A stretch of DNA of 64,000 nucleotides from Candidatus Heimdallarchaeota archaeon (GCA_020353515.1 CP070695.1:928299-992298), one strand, 5' to 3'; positions 42,000 to 51,246 are shown, counted from the first letter of the stretch. The notes: generated by a model from the sequence alone, not told the origin. Made by a program: numbers and translations.

Positions 42000-42655
42000 T
42001 CTATTTTTTTGGTGGATTGATATATCTTTTCTAAATATTCACTCATTTCATGAACCGCGGCATTAAGATCACCATTATTGTGAATAACTATATCTGGTAA
42101 AGGTATGTCAATCTTTTCATGCATACGGTTAATTCTCTCATGCAAAAGACTTGTATTTTCCCTCCCTCGTACTTTTAAACGAGTTTCAGCCACCTTATTC
42201 TCTACTTCAATCAAAATTATTTTAGATTGAGGGTATTTCTTCCGAGCTTCATAGAGAATACTACGAGAAACATTCACAAGAACTATTTCTCCTCGTTGAA
42301 GAGGCTCTTCAAGTGTCATTCGTGGGCATCCATACCAATTGTTATAGACATACCAAGATAAAGCAAATTCATTCTTTGCTTTTTTCTGTAGAAATTGTGT
42401 CTCGGATATATAGAGGGAATTTTCAGTTTCATCTGATGGTCTCGTAATATATCTCTGTACTATATTAACTGGAATCTGTTTTTCAAAGAGATTATTTGAA
42501 GCTAGTCGCATTATTGTATCTTTTCCACTACCTGATTTCCCTACTACAAAAACCAGCAAATCACTAGCAAGCTGAGATTTTATATTATCTGATTCCACTT
42601 TAGTAGACCACGAAACTTGATTTATGATTATTATAACATGATCTTGTTTTCTCAT
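41993..42655 (-). CDS. phnN: Ribose 1,5-bisphosphate phosphokinase (PhnN family)
   Basis: Block-by-block resemblance to E. coli PhnN as I recall it: VVGKSGSGKDTIM (P-loop), VQRYITRPSDETENSLYISETQF, FALSWYVYNNWYG, VLVNVSRSILYEARKKY, RLKVRGRENTS. Confidence 0.8.
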   Translation of the reverse strand: MRKQDHVIIIINQVSWSTKVESDNIKSQLASDLLVFVVGKSGSGKDTIMRLASNNLFEKQIPVNIVQRYITRPSDETENSLYISETQFLQKKAKNEFALSWYVYNNWYGCPRMTLEEPLQRGEIVLVNVSRSILYEARKKYPQSKIILIEVENKVAETRLKVRGRENTSLLHERINRMHEKIDIPLPDIVIHNNGDLNAAVHEMSEYLEKIYQSTKKIDC

Positions 42656-42818
42656 ATCAAATTTGGCATCTCTTAAAAACTATCAAAATCTCGTCCAATG
42701 TAATTTTGACAAAGGATTAATATTACAAAATTTACCCAAGAGACACATAAAATGTAAAGGTTCTAGAATAATACTCAGTATAAGGGTTGAAGGATGTTAA
42801 CAGAGGAAGGAATTCTTC

Positions 42819-43355
42819 ATGGCCAAATTTATTTTTAAAATTGTGTTGATTGGGGATGGGGCCGTAGGAAAGACATCCATCCGACGTAGATATATGGGTG
42901 AAGGGTTTCGAACAGACTTTCTAGCTACTATGGGAGCAGATTTTGCATATCTTAAGACCAATATTGATGGGAATGAAATTGAGTGGCAAATTTGGGATCT
43001 CGCGGGCCAACCAGCTTTTAGAAACGTTATGAAAGCTTATTTTAAGGGTACAATGGGTGCATTAGCAGTTTATGATGTTTCTCAACCTGATACATTAGAA
43101 AATATCGATTCCTGGACACAAGAGGCTCAATTTCATGCGAATACTTTTTCGGAACTTCCCATTGTGATAGTTGGGAATAAAATAGATTTACGAGAAGAGA
43201 TTCCCAATTGCACGAAGACAATCAATGGTTTTGTAAAAGCAAAATCTTTAAATGCAGAATTCATTGAAACATCAGCTAAAACGGGAGAGAATATTGAAGA
43301 TGCTTTTGCTAAACTTGCTCATCAAATTATGAAAAAAACAAATGAATTAATCTAA
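42819..43355 (+). CDS. Ras-superfamily small GTPase, Rab/Ras-like
   Basis: G1 is LIGDGAVGKTS, switch I is LATMGADF, G3 is WDLAGQ, G4 is GNKIDL and G5 is ETSAK. It is 178 aa with no C-terminal Cys. Confidence 0.85.
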   Translation: MAKFIFKIVLIGDGAVGKTSIRRRYMGEGFRTDFLATMGADFAYLKTNIDGNEIEWQIWDLAGQPAFRNVMKAYFKGTMGALAVYDVSQPDTLENIDSWTQEAQFHANTFSELPIVIVGNKIDLREEIPNCTKTINGFVKAKSLNAEFIETSAKTGENIEDAFAKLAHQIMKKTNELI

Positions 43356-43424
43356 GAATAATTTATGGGTGACAAACCTAAAGAAAAAAACCTAACTCCC
43401 TCCTTGATCTAAATCTTCTCTATT

Positions 43425-44105
43425 CTATAATCTAGTGAGAGCCCATATCCCACCAGCATCGCCAAGGAGAAATACTAATAGTCCTTGAATGGTGAGAAGT
43501 CCACATAGAATAATAACAACTGGAGCCCAGCTGATTAATTGCAATATTCTATCAATTGTAAACTCTGTGAACCATGTAATAACGAACAATATTGCGACAA
43601 TGATCACGATTAGTAAGATTACAAGCCATAGGGGGATATTAATAGCACCAAGTTCAATGTTTGAAAATCCACCACTAAGATCTGCGTAGAATAATAAAAT
43701 TCCCGCTAACGCTCCAAAGGCGATTGTGGCAACAATTGCTGCTATTGGGGTATCTTTTAATGGTTCTGCTAGCATTGAGGAGCCAGCTAGAAAAATTAAT
43801 AACACTGTTAACCAGTGAACCATCTCTACTGATACATCTGGATTTCCAAAGGGAAGTAAATCATCCAAGACCCACTCATAAATCGCCCAGAGATTCACTA
43901 ATCCTATTACGATACTTGTAGCTAAGGCTAAGTACTTCAGGATTGTAGATTCGTCATCTTTTGACTTTATTAGCTTGTTGATTCCGTAAGCAAGACCAAT
44001 AATGCCTGCAACAATAACGATAATGGGTAATAATAAATCTAAAATCTCTTCGAACATTTTTTCCACATCTTTGATTAAATTGTGCTCTAGATTCTGTTTT
44101 TCCAC
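43425..44105 (-). CDS. Integral membrane protein of unknown function (226 aa)
   Basis: Six or so hydrophobic helices. No recognised motif. Confidence 0.55.
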   Translation of the reverse strand: MEKQNLEHNLIKDVEKMFEEILDLLLPIIVIVAGIIGLAYGINKLIKSKDDESTILKYLALATSIVIGLVNLWAIYEWVLDDLLPFGNPDVSVEMVHWLTVLLIFLAGSSMLAEPLKDTPIAAIVATIAFGALAGILLFYADLSGGFSNIELGAINIPLWLVILLIVIIVAILFVITWFTEFTIDRILQLISWAPVVIILCGLLTIQGLLVFLLGDAGGIWALTRL

Positions 44106-44221
44106 TATAAATAATTAAGATTTGTATTGACTTCCATATCAAGAAAAATGAGTACTACTCCCTATTCTCTTGTTTCTTTTCATAAAAATGCAAAATACCG
44201 AATAAAAGTGAAAAATATGGT

Positions 44222-44863
44222 CTAAATTCCACCTGAGATAATTTTATTCATCACAATCTGAAAATATTCTTGAATTAGACTTTGATCATGGTTAATATGA
44301 ATTTGAAAAAGCTTGGCTAAGGTCACACATTTTAGAACGTTATGCAATAAAGAGAAATTCGGATCTGCAATTTCCCCCAGACGTCTAATACCAGCAAAGA
44401 AATGCCTTGAAATGTCATTATCATCTCTGGCTGGAATTTTGTGAATACATAATTGGATATACGAATCATATAGTTGATCAACAAGTTTTTCAAATTGTTG
44501 TGTATCAAAAACTTCGAGAATAGAAGAAATGGTAGTAATGAATAGAATGTCTTCTGTTGCAAGCCCCTCTCTGAGGAATACGTGAGTTTTTTCATGAAAA
44601 CGTAGCAGGACTAATTTTGGGTTAATTTGTAAGAAAATAGCTGCCTCTTCCAACACAACTTCATTGGGGGTAGGATCCGTTCCTTTTAAACTTAAATCGT
44701 ATAAAAAGTCTGAAAGATGCAGAAAAACATGTTCAGCTCCTTGGATTTCTATTTGAAGTCGATGAGTACGATCTGTAATGAGGTTCGGACGAATGAAGAA
44801 CTGTTGACACACTAGTTGTTTGATAACTTCATCCCTTTGAATTGGGTCTTTCTGCATGATCAA
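44222..44863 (-). CDS. Hypothetical protein (213 aa) downstream of the methyltransferase
   Basis: An ATG ORF on the same strand as the flanking genes. No motif recognised. Confidence 0.4.
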   Translation of the reverse strand: MIMQKDPIQRDEVIKQLVCQQFFIRPNLITDRTHRLQIEIQGAEHVFLHLSDFLYDLSLKGTDPTPNEVVLEEAAIFLQINPKLVLLRFHEKTHVFLREGLATEDILFITTISSILEVFDTQQFEKLVDQLYDSYIQLCIHKIPARDDNDISRHFFAGIRRLGEIADPNFSLLHNVLKCVTLAKLFQIHINHDQSLIQEYFQIVMNKIISGGI

Positions 44864-44985
44864 CCTTCTTTTACACCATTACATCTGAGGAGTTGGAATT
44901 ATTTTCAGATGAATAATAGATATCAGGATTGAAAACATTACTAGTGAATTTCTCCGAGAAAACTTCAATCAATTAAAAGAGTTAT

Positions 44986-47868
44986 TTATTGCAATCGGTT
45001 TGTAATTGATCTTGTATTGAATCTATATAAGCGTTTCATTGATTTTTCTGACAATTCAAGGTATTTTGCATAAAATTGATCAATCTCGGTACGAACCTTA
45101 GAATATCTCAACATTGAAGCTCGGTTTTCTTCGAGGATCAACTGATTCATAAGTTTCTTAATATGATTTTCTTCAGCTATTGCTTCAACTGGGATTCTAA
45201 CTTCTCGTAACCAGTATACATTTGTATCTAAAACCCCAAATCCCATATTAGTAATACCTTGGGCCTCCATCTGAGCCCATACTAAGCTACTATTAAGATA
45301 AGTAAAGATTAATGGTAATATTTCTGGTTGTTTGACTAGTATTCCATAGAAACGTTGATCAGGCATCAATCCAGCTTGGTTGTAAAAGCATCCTGATTTA
45401 TCATGATAGCTCTTTGTCCAGAGTAATGAAGGTGTAGGATATCTTCCTATTGAATACCAATAATCTCGTTGTTCAACACTACGAACTGAGGAGAATCCTA
45501 GAGTTTTTTCTCCAACTTTCTTTCCTTGCTTTATTGTTATCGTAGTATTTTCCCCCCATTTAATGTATGTCCACGCCTTAGACCCTTGTAGTTGAGTAGG
45601 GGAATCATGACAATAAAAAAGCCATAATTGGGGGATAAATGAAGGAGGAATAATGAATCCTTTAATGTGGTTAGGACTCTTAATTAAGGGTTCAAGATAT
45701 TTCTCTTCGATTAATCCCTCAAATCCAGAACGATTTCTCACATAAACTTTTCCATCAGTTCGTTTTTTCTCTAAACGTTGGAGGTGGAAGAAATCATTGG
45801 CACCAGTCTTGATTCCAAACCGTACATCTGCTAAGTTAGCGAGAGGAACACCTTTTTTTCCAAAATCTTGGATTATTTTTCTTTCCGAATGAGACATCCG
45901 TAGAAACGTCCCTGCCCACTTATGCGTTCTTTTAAGGAGTTCTTTTGGAATTTGTTCTGTTCGATAAAAATCATCTTCATAAGTATTTCTTGAAATGAGT
46001 CCTTTTTTCAATGAGGAGAGAGGAATCTGAGGAAAGTTTACTTGTGATTGAGTAAAGGTACCACTTGACAACTTAGCTTCATATGAGGTTTTTTCCGCTA
46101 TAAGAATGATTGAGTTTATCCCAAGATGCTGCCACAGCCGTTTCCCACTCCGATGGATAATATCAAAATTAATAATATGTTGGTTGGGATCTAATAAAAA
46201 CATCTGCAGAGTTCGACCATAATTCACCTCAAGCCAAGCATTACTAGTTAAGAAAGCTAGTACTCCTCCCTTTTCTAGAAGAGATAATCCCATAAGACAA
46301 AAATAAATGTAGAGATCACTTTTCCGATCAAAATGGATGGAATTACCCGATAGATCTTTTATCTGGCTTTGAATAAGATCTTTATATTCAGGAGCTTGTC
46401 CAATTCCAATATCTTCATGCCTGACCCATGGTGGATTCCCTAGAATGAGATCATATTTCTTTTCATAAATTTCCTTATGATTAAAGAAATCTCCTTCCAT
46501 GATATTATTGATGTCCCATCTAATTGGGAACTTTTTTCCTTTTACAGAGCTTTTGAAAGAAAAATTTGAGAATTCATGAATTCTGAAAAAGATTAAACGA
46601 ATTTTGGTTATCAAAACTGCAATTTCATCAGAGTCAATTGCGACAATCTCAACTATGGGGAAGTTTCTATTTGTTGCAATTGATCCAGAGGACGCTAAAC
46701 GAGTTAATAGACGAGATACACTCAAGAGAAATGTTCCTGTGCCACAAGCTGGATCTAAAACTCTTGATAAAGACTGATTTGATAATTGGGTTAGATCTAT
46801 TACCTTAGGCTCCTCTTTTCCTAATCCCCAATCCTGGTACACCCATTTGAAAAGGTTGTCAGATGAGATACCAGGTAATTTATTTGCGAGAAGACGATAT
46901 ACAGCTAAATAAGATATGAAATCAGCATGGGCTATGGAAGTATAATACTTTCCTTCTTTTTTCTTCTTAGAGGAAGATATAAACACATTTTCTGTTACAT
47001 CTGATAAAACTGATGGATTAATGGCAACTTCCTGTATAAAACCCGTAGGTTCGGTAAGAGAAAAAATATACCTTTCTTGAAGGTCTTGGATCATTTTCAT
47101 ATCTAATGAAAAAGTACTCAGACCAAATTTGTTGAAAAGTACCTCTATTATAGATATCTCCTCATTAATGACCACCTGTTGTGAGTCAAACTCCTTTAAC
47201 TTTCTAAAACACTCCTGTAATGAAATTTGTTTGAGATTATAGATATCACATTTTAAACAATCTAGGAAATTATCAATCAACGATAATTCAGAAAAAAATA
47301 AGAGAAGTGAAATATATAAAATTAGTTGGACTCTTAATTCAACATTAGAGGTTGTAATTTTCTCTTTCATAAATTTTAAAAAATCAGCTTCCAACGCAGG
47401 AACATCAAACATTTCCTGTAATAATTCTAAAGAAACTTTGTTTGATCTTCGAATTAATTCTTGAAAATATATAGGTATTCGTCCTCGGGGAAGGTGAATA
47501 ATTTTTAATGAACTAAATGAGACTTCAGAATTAGAATCGAAGTAGAAAAGTGAAATTCCTTTTAAAGAAGGATGAAGAACAAGTATTTGTTTGTATTCAG
47601 TCCTTAAGAGATCTAATTGTGCTATGGTCCCAACACACACTTTAACTATAGAATTAACTTTATACTCACCCTTTATTAGGAAGATGAGGAGATTTTTAGT
47701 TTTACCTAAGGTAAATATATCATTTACGGCCTCACAACTGATACCAGGCAGTTCACTTGGAGGTTTAATACATAAAAAATGGAGAAAAGGAAGCCATGCT
47801 TCTGGCTCCATATCTGGATTTTTACAATAGTTATACCAAAGCCTTTCCAGTTTGAATTGTTTATCCAA
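44986..47868 (-). CDS. Eco57I/type IIG-IIL-like gamma-class N6-adenine DNA methyltransferase with a C-terminal TaqI_C-like target-recognition region and a ~330-aa N-terminal domain of unclear function
   Basis: Motif I is VLDPACGTGTFLL. Motif IV is LILGNPPWVRHE. SDLYIYFCLMGLSLLEKGGVLAFLTSNAWL follows, and the TRD-type block is RFGIKTGANDFFHL. A candidate N-terminal D50 ... E68-Y-K70 is present. Confidence 0.8.
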   Translation of the reverse strand: MDKQFKLERLWYNYCKNPDMEPEAWLPFLHFLCIKPPSELPGISCEAVNDIFTLGKTKNLLIFLIKGEYKVNSIVKVCVGTIAQLDLLRTEYKQILVLHPSLKGISLFYFDSNSEVSFSSLKIIHLPRGRIPIYFQELIRRSNKVSLELLQEMFDVPALEADFLKFMKEKITTSNVELRVQLILYISLLLFFSELSLIDNFLDCLKCDIYNLKQISLQECFRKLKEFDSQQVVINEEISIIEVLFNKFGLSTFSLDMKMIQDLQERYIFSLTEPTGFIQEVAINPSVLSDVTENVFISSSKKKKEGKYYTSIAHADFISYLAVYRLLANKLPGISSDNLFKWVYQDWGLGKEEPKVIDLTQLSNQSLSRVLDPACGTGTFLLSVSRLLTRLASSGSIATNRNFPIVEIVAIDSDEIAVLITKIRLIFFRIHEFSNFSFKSSVKGKKFPIRWDINNIMEGDFFNHKEIYEKKYDLILGNPPWVRHEDIGIGQAPEYKDLIQSQIKDLSGNSIHFDRKSDLYIYFCLMGLSLLEKGGVLAFLTSNAWLEVNYGRTLQMFLLDPNQHIINFDIIHRSGKRLWQHLGINSIILIAEKTSYEAKLSSGTFTQSQVNFPQIPLSSLKKGLISRNTYEDDFYRTEQIPKELLKRTHKWAGTFLRMSHSERKIIQDFGKKGVPLANLADVRFGIKTGANDFFHLQRLEKKRTDGKVYVRNRSGFEGLIEEKYLEPLIKSPNHIKGFIIPPSFIPQLWLFYCHDSPTQLQGSKAWTYIKWGENTTITIKQGKKVGEKTLGFSSVRSVEQRDYWYSIGRYPTPSLLWTKSYHDKSGCFYNQAGLMPDQRFYGILVKQPEILPLIFTYLNSSLVWAQMEAQGITNMGFGVLDTNVYWLREVRIPVEAIAEENHIKKLMNQLILEENRASMLRYSKVRTEIDQFYAKYLELSEKSMKRLYRFNTRSITNRLQ

Positions 47869-47897
47869 ATCTCATTTCTACCTATAAATAAATCTTC

Positions 47898-48374
47898 TTA
47901 TCTTTTACGCATATTTACGACAATTAGGACAATACCTATGATTAAGAATGCTAAAACAATAAGAACTTGGAGGATTTCCCACCATACTACCCCAGAGAAA
48001 AATGTTCCTACAGCTTCACCAAAATTTTCACCCCAGTTCCCCATAAACTCTCCAAAATCTGATCCAATCTGTCCCATAGTCTCACCAAAACCGCCAAAAA
48101 AAGTACCAATAAAGTTACCAAAGTCACTGAAGATAACTGGCATGAAAATTGCAACTGCTATAATTATACTTAAGACAATAAAAACTACACCCACTATTAT
48201 TCCAGGTGCAGGTTCTGCTTCTTCACCAAAACACAGGTTATCGCCTCTTGCTACTACTCGTTTCGTTGGAACAAACTCAACCTGTTCCCCCTTGGGAATT
48301 GTCAATGCAGAACCACATTGACGACAGAATTTTGCGTTTGGTTCATTTGTATGTCCACATTTCATACAATCCAT
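47898..48374 (-). CDS. Zinc-ribbon membrane protein (N-terminal CxxC...CxxC, Gly/Phe-rich TM region)
   Basis: MDCMKCGHTNEPNAKFCRQCGSAL, then two TM helices and a GNFIGTFFGGFGETMGQIGSDFGEFMGNWGENFGEAVGTFF repeat-like segment. Confidence 0.6.
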   Translation of the reverse strand: MDCMKCGHTNEPNAKFCRQCGSALTIPKGEQVEFVPTKRVVARGDNLCFGEEAEPAPGIIVGVVFIVLSIIIAVAIFMPVIFSDFGNFIGTFFGGFGETMGQIGSDFGEFMGNWGENFGEAVGTFFSGVVWWEILQVLIVLAFLIIGIVLIVVNMRKR

Positions 48375-48377
48375 TTT

Positions 48378-48752
48378 TTAACCTCCTTCTTTTCCTTTTC
48401 TGGCGGCCTGTATTATCATGGCCAATCCTAGGACGAAGAATCCTAATACAAGCAGATATTCAATTCGAAAAATAGGAACCAATTGATCTAGATCAAAAAA
48501 TATTACTGCTAAAAAGAGTCCAATGCAGATGAAAATTATTCCACCAATCCAGGGATTTTCTTCACGCTGTTCACCAAAACAAAGAAAATCTTCATCTCTT
48601 TTTCGAGCATAATGTGGGGTTCGTGTTGGAGGAGGAACGTCCACAGGTGCTTTTGTAGGCAGTAATTGTTGACCACACTTAGGACAGAATGCAGCATCAT
48701 CTTCTACTTGAGCTCCACAATTATCACAATACATAAAGCTTAATCCTCTCAT
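48378..48752 (-). CDS. Zinc-ribbon membrane protein (paralogous architecture to 47898-48374)
   Basis: YCDNCGAQVEDDAAFCPKCGQQL. The shared block D(N/E)(L/F)LCFGE(E/Q) precedes two TM helices. A 3-nt gap separates it from the next gene. Confidence 0.6.
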   Translation of the reverse strand: MRGLSFMYCDNCGAQVEDDAAFCPKCGQQLLPTKAPVDVPPPTRTPHYARKRDEDFLCFGEQREENPWIGGIIFICIGLFLAVIFFDLDQLVPIFRIEYLLVLGFFVLGLAMIIQAARKGKEGG

Positions 48753-48864
48753 TTCTTAGTTTTTTTAGTTATAGAACAATATTTTTTCCGGATATTTTAA
48801 AAGGTTTGATACGCGGAAGGTTAAATTGTTGAATAATGTTTCTTAGGAGACGTGCTATTAGTTA

Positions 48865-49596
48865 ATGCCTTTTCCGTACAAGATAAGTATTAGTAATGGA
48901 TCAAATGAGCTAACGGAGTATCTTAATGTTGTCCATGAAGCCCAACAGACTTTTGATGATACAATTGTCTCTATATTTGAAAAATTTCTACAAGGCTTTG
49001 AACCATATATGAAGGAAGTTGCAAATCGTGAATTGGACATTAACTATAGTAATCCAATGCTCTATACTCGCAAAAATGAATATGTTTTGTACATGCTTCT
49101 CATAGAATATTCTAATCAGATAATGAAAGCTGCTTTTGATGCAGCTCCCAAGAAAATAGTTCTGCTCCCACGCTGTTTAACTGGGCCTAATTTTGATCTC
49201 CTAAGGATTAAACGAACTAAAATTGGATGGCATCGTATTTTAGGTTGTAATAACGGGAATGGTTTAGCATGGGAGCTTACTGAGCTCGGAAACCAGCATA
49301 ATTTTGAAGTTTTTATCACAATGGGTAATCGCTTTAAGGAACCAAATTTTCTACGAGTTTTTCGTAATCTTCGAAAGAAATATGGACATTTTGGTCTCCT
49401 TGCAGTGGCTTGTCTACCAGAACTAGCATTAGGTAGAACATATATCATGGAAGTGGGAATTCCAACCATTGCTGTTCCAATATTTTTTTCTGGTTGTGCT
49501 AAGTGGCATGGACCAACCCAAGCACTGCCAACAAAATTCCCATTTAAGTATCTCTTGGAATTATTAAATATTAATTTAAACTCGACAGAAGAATAA
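48865..49596 (+). CDS. Hypothetical protein, possibly DUF116-like
   Basis: LLPRCLTGP ... LLAVACLPELALGRTYIMEVGIPTIAVPIFFSGC loosely resembles the Cys-containing blocks I recall for DUF116. Recognition is weak. Confidence 0.35.
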   Translation: MPFPYKISISNGSNELTEYLNVVHEAQQTFDDTIVSIFEKFLQGFEPYMKEVANRELDINYSNPMLYTRKNEYVLYMLLIEYSNQIMKAAFDAAPKKIVLLPRCLTGPNFDLLRIKRTKIGWHRILGCNNGNGLAWELTELGNQHNFEVFITMGNRFKEPNFLRVFRNLRKKYGHFGLLAVACLPELALGRTYIMEVGIPTIAVPIFFSGCAKWHGPTQALPTKFPFKYLLELLNINLNSTEE

Positions 49597-49639
49597 AGGC
49601 ATGGAAATTACCAAGTAAAGAAGGTTTTTTGAATAAAGG

Positions 49640-51016
49640 TTATTCTCTTTTAGGTTCAGTACGATATTTCGGTAGCATTATGTATACGGTTGCTCCAACA
49701 ATCTTATCGTCTTCTATCCTATTTTCAGCCCATATTTTCCCATTATACCACTGAACAGCTTTGCGAGTTATCAAATGACCTAATCCTTTCTCAGATTTCG
49801 GTGATTTTTCCTTTGATATCGAAAATAAAGTTTTAACTTGATCTTCAGGTATTCCAGGGCCATCATCTTCAATGATGATTTGCCAACTATCTTCAATCGG
49901 CATATCTTTTATTGTAATAGAAAAGTAGACTTCGGGACGATTACGATGATGTTTTACAGCATTATGGAAGATATTAAGAAATAGATCATCAAGAAATTCA
50001 TTTCCGAGTATTTCAAATTTCTCGACGTCTGGGTCTAGATGGATCTTGTAATCAATTGAATTTTGGGGAAAACTATGTCTAACACCTTTAACATTATTTT
50101 CAATGATTACAACTAAATCCAACGGAGTAAGAAGAGATTCTTGAAACCTATCTATGGCTTTATATCGTCTAACTCTCTTAACTAAAGAATCAATATTCAT
50201 TAAGTTATTGAAAATCATATTTTGAGATTCTTTGTCAGTAATTCCATAATCTAACAGCATTTTGGACCCATGTACATACCCCTTGATATCATGAGTGATT
50301 ATATCCATTAAGAAAGCTGATTCTGCTTTTGCTTCTCGGATTAGTTGGGTATATACTTTTTTCCGACCTAATTCTCTCACTCCAACAAGAATAGCGGCAA
50401 TAGAAAAAGCTCGTCCAATATAAAATAACAATTTCAAAGTATCATCATCAAATGGCCAAAGGAAAAGTAAGACAGCATATAAAAAGAAGTGAAGGGATAT
50501 CCAAAAGGAAGCAATATTTTGAGTAGCTCTTAGATCCACAAACATTAAGTATGCTATTAGAATAGAGACGGGAACTATTGTTTCAACGCCGAACCACAAC
50601 ATCATACTTGTATTTGTGGGTTCTCCTAGTAATACAGGAGTTATTGGTAATGAAGTTGGGATAACAAAGCCAAAAAGGAAAGTTCCAATTGTAAAAAAAC
50701 ACCCAAAACCAAAAGAAATAAGTTTTGCACGCTTAACATCTGGATCAAATAAGATAAGGGTTCCATATAACATAAAACCCATTGTAATAGCGCCAGAAAG
50801 ATTAATATGAATAAAAAGCATGAAAATGGACGGTTCTAGAACAGAATACATCAGAGCTCCGATTAAACCCCCAACTCCGCACGCCATCATACCAATCCCC
50901 CATTCCAGTCTAGGACGTTCACTAGTTGCATACCAATCATATAAAAGTGTGAAAGCAGCGATAAACGCAATGAATGCGCTTGTAGCTGCACTTAAAGCGA
51001 TTGGGTCTATATCCAT
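49640..51016 (-). CDS. Membrane-bound sensor histidine kinase (about 7 TM helices + HisKA + HATPase_c)
   Basis: The H-box is ITHDIKGYVH, the N-box is NIFHNAVKH, G1 is IIEDDGPGIP and G2 is EKGLGHLI. There is no response regulator in the window. Confidence 0.8.
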   Translation of the reverse strand: MDIDPIALSAATSAFIAFIAAFTLLYDWYATSERPRLEWGIGMMACGVGGLIGALMYSVLEPSIFMLFIHINLSGAITMGFMLYGTLILFDPDVKRAKLISFGFGCFFTIGTFLFGFVIPTSLPITPVLLGEPTNTSMMLWFGVETIVPVSILIAYLMFVDLRATQNIASFWISLHFFLYAVLLFLWPFDDDTLKLLFYIGRAFSIAAILVGVRELGRKKVYTQLIREAKAESAFLMDIITHDIKGYVHGSKMLLDYGITDKESQNMIFNNLMNIDSLVKRVRRYKAIDRFQESLLTPLDLVVIIENNVKGVRHSFPQNSIDYKIHLDPDVEKFEILGNEFLDDLFLNIFHNAVKHHRNRPEVYFSITIKDMPIEDSWQIIIEDDGPGIPEDQVKTLFSISKEKSPKSEKGLGHLITRKAVQWYNGKIWAENRIEDDKIVGATVYIMLPKYRTEPKRE

Positions 51017-51246
51017 AGGTTCAGAAACCTTCCGAATATTTTTAAAGATGACAACTTCGCTTTTGAATTTTTTATTATCCTGAAGTACTTAAATTTCACT
51101 AGAGATTCTATAATGATTAACATTTCAAGTATGAAAACGTGCTAACACAATCAAAGTCATAAAATTAGTGTACATCACAGCTCTCTTGAATCTCTAAAAA
51201 GGTTCTTATACAAAATGAGTAATTTTGAATCAATTCGTGAAATAAG

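Noticed and set aside
41572-44595. Nested short ORFs (41572-41790, 43489-43689, 43724-43921, 43954-44142, 44332-44595)
   Set aside because: Each lies inside, or largely overlaps, a longer ORF on the same locus with a coherent membrane-protein or full-length reading frame. No independent motif.
47779-48321. 180-aa plus-strand ORF spanning the methyltransferase start and the zinc-ribbon gene
   Set aside because: It is antisense to two well-supported minus-strand genes. Its Pro/Lys/Thr-rich product is the complement-frame shadow of the Gly/Phe-rich membrane protein.
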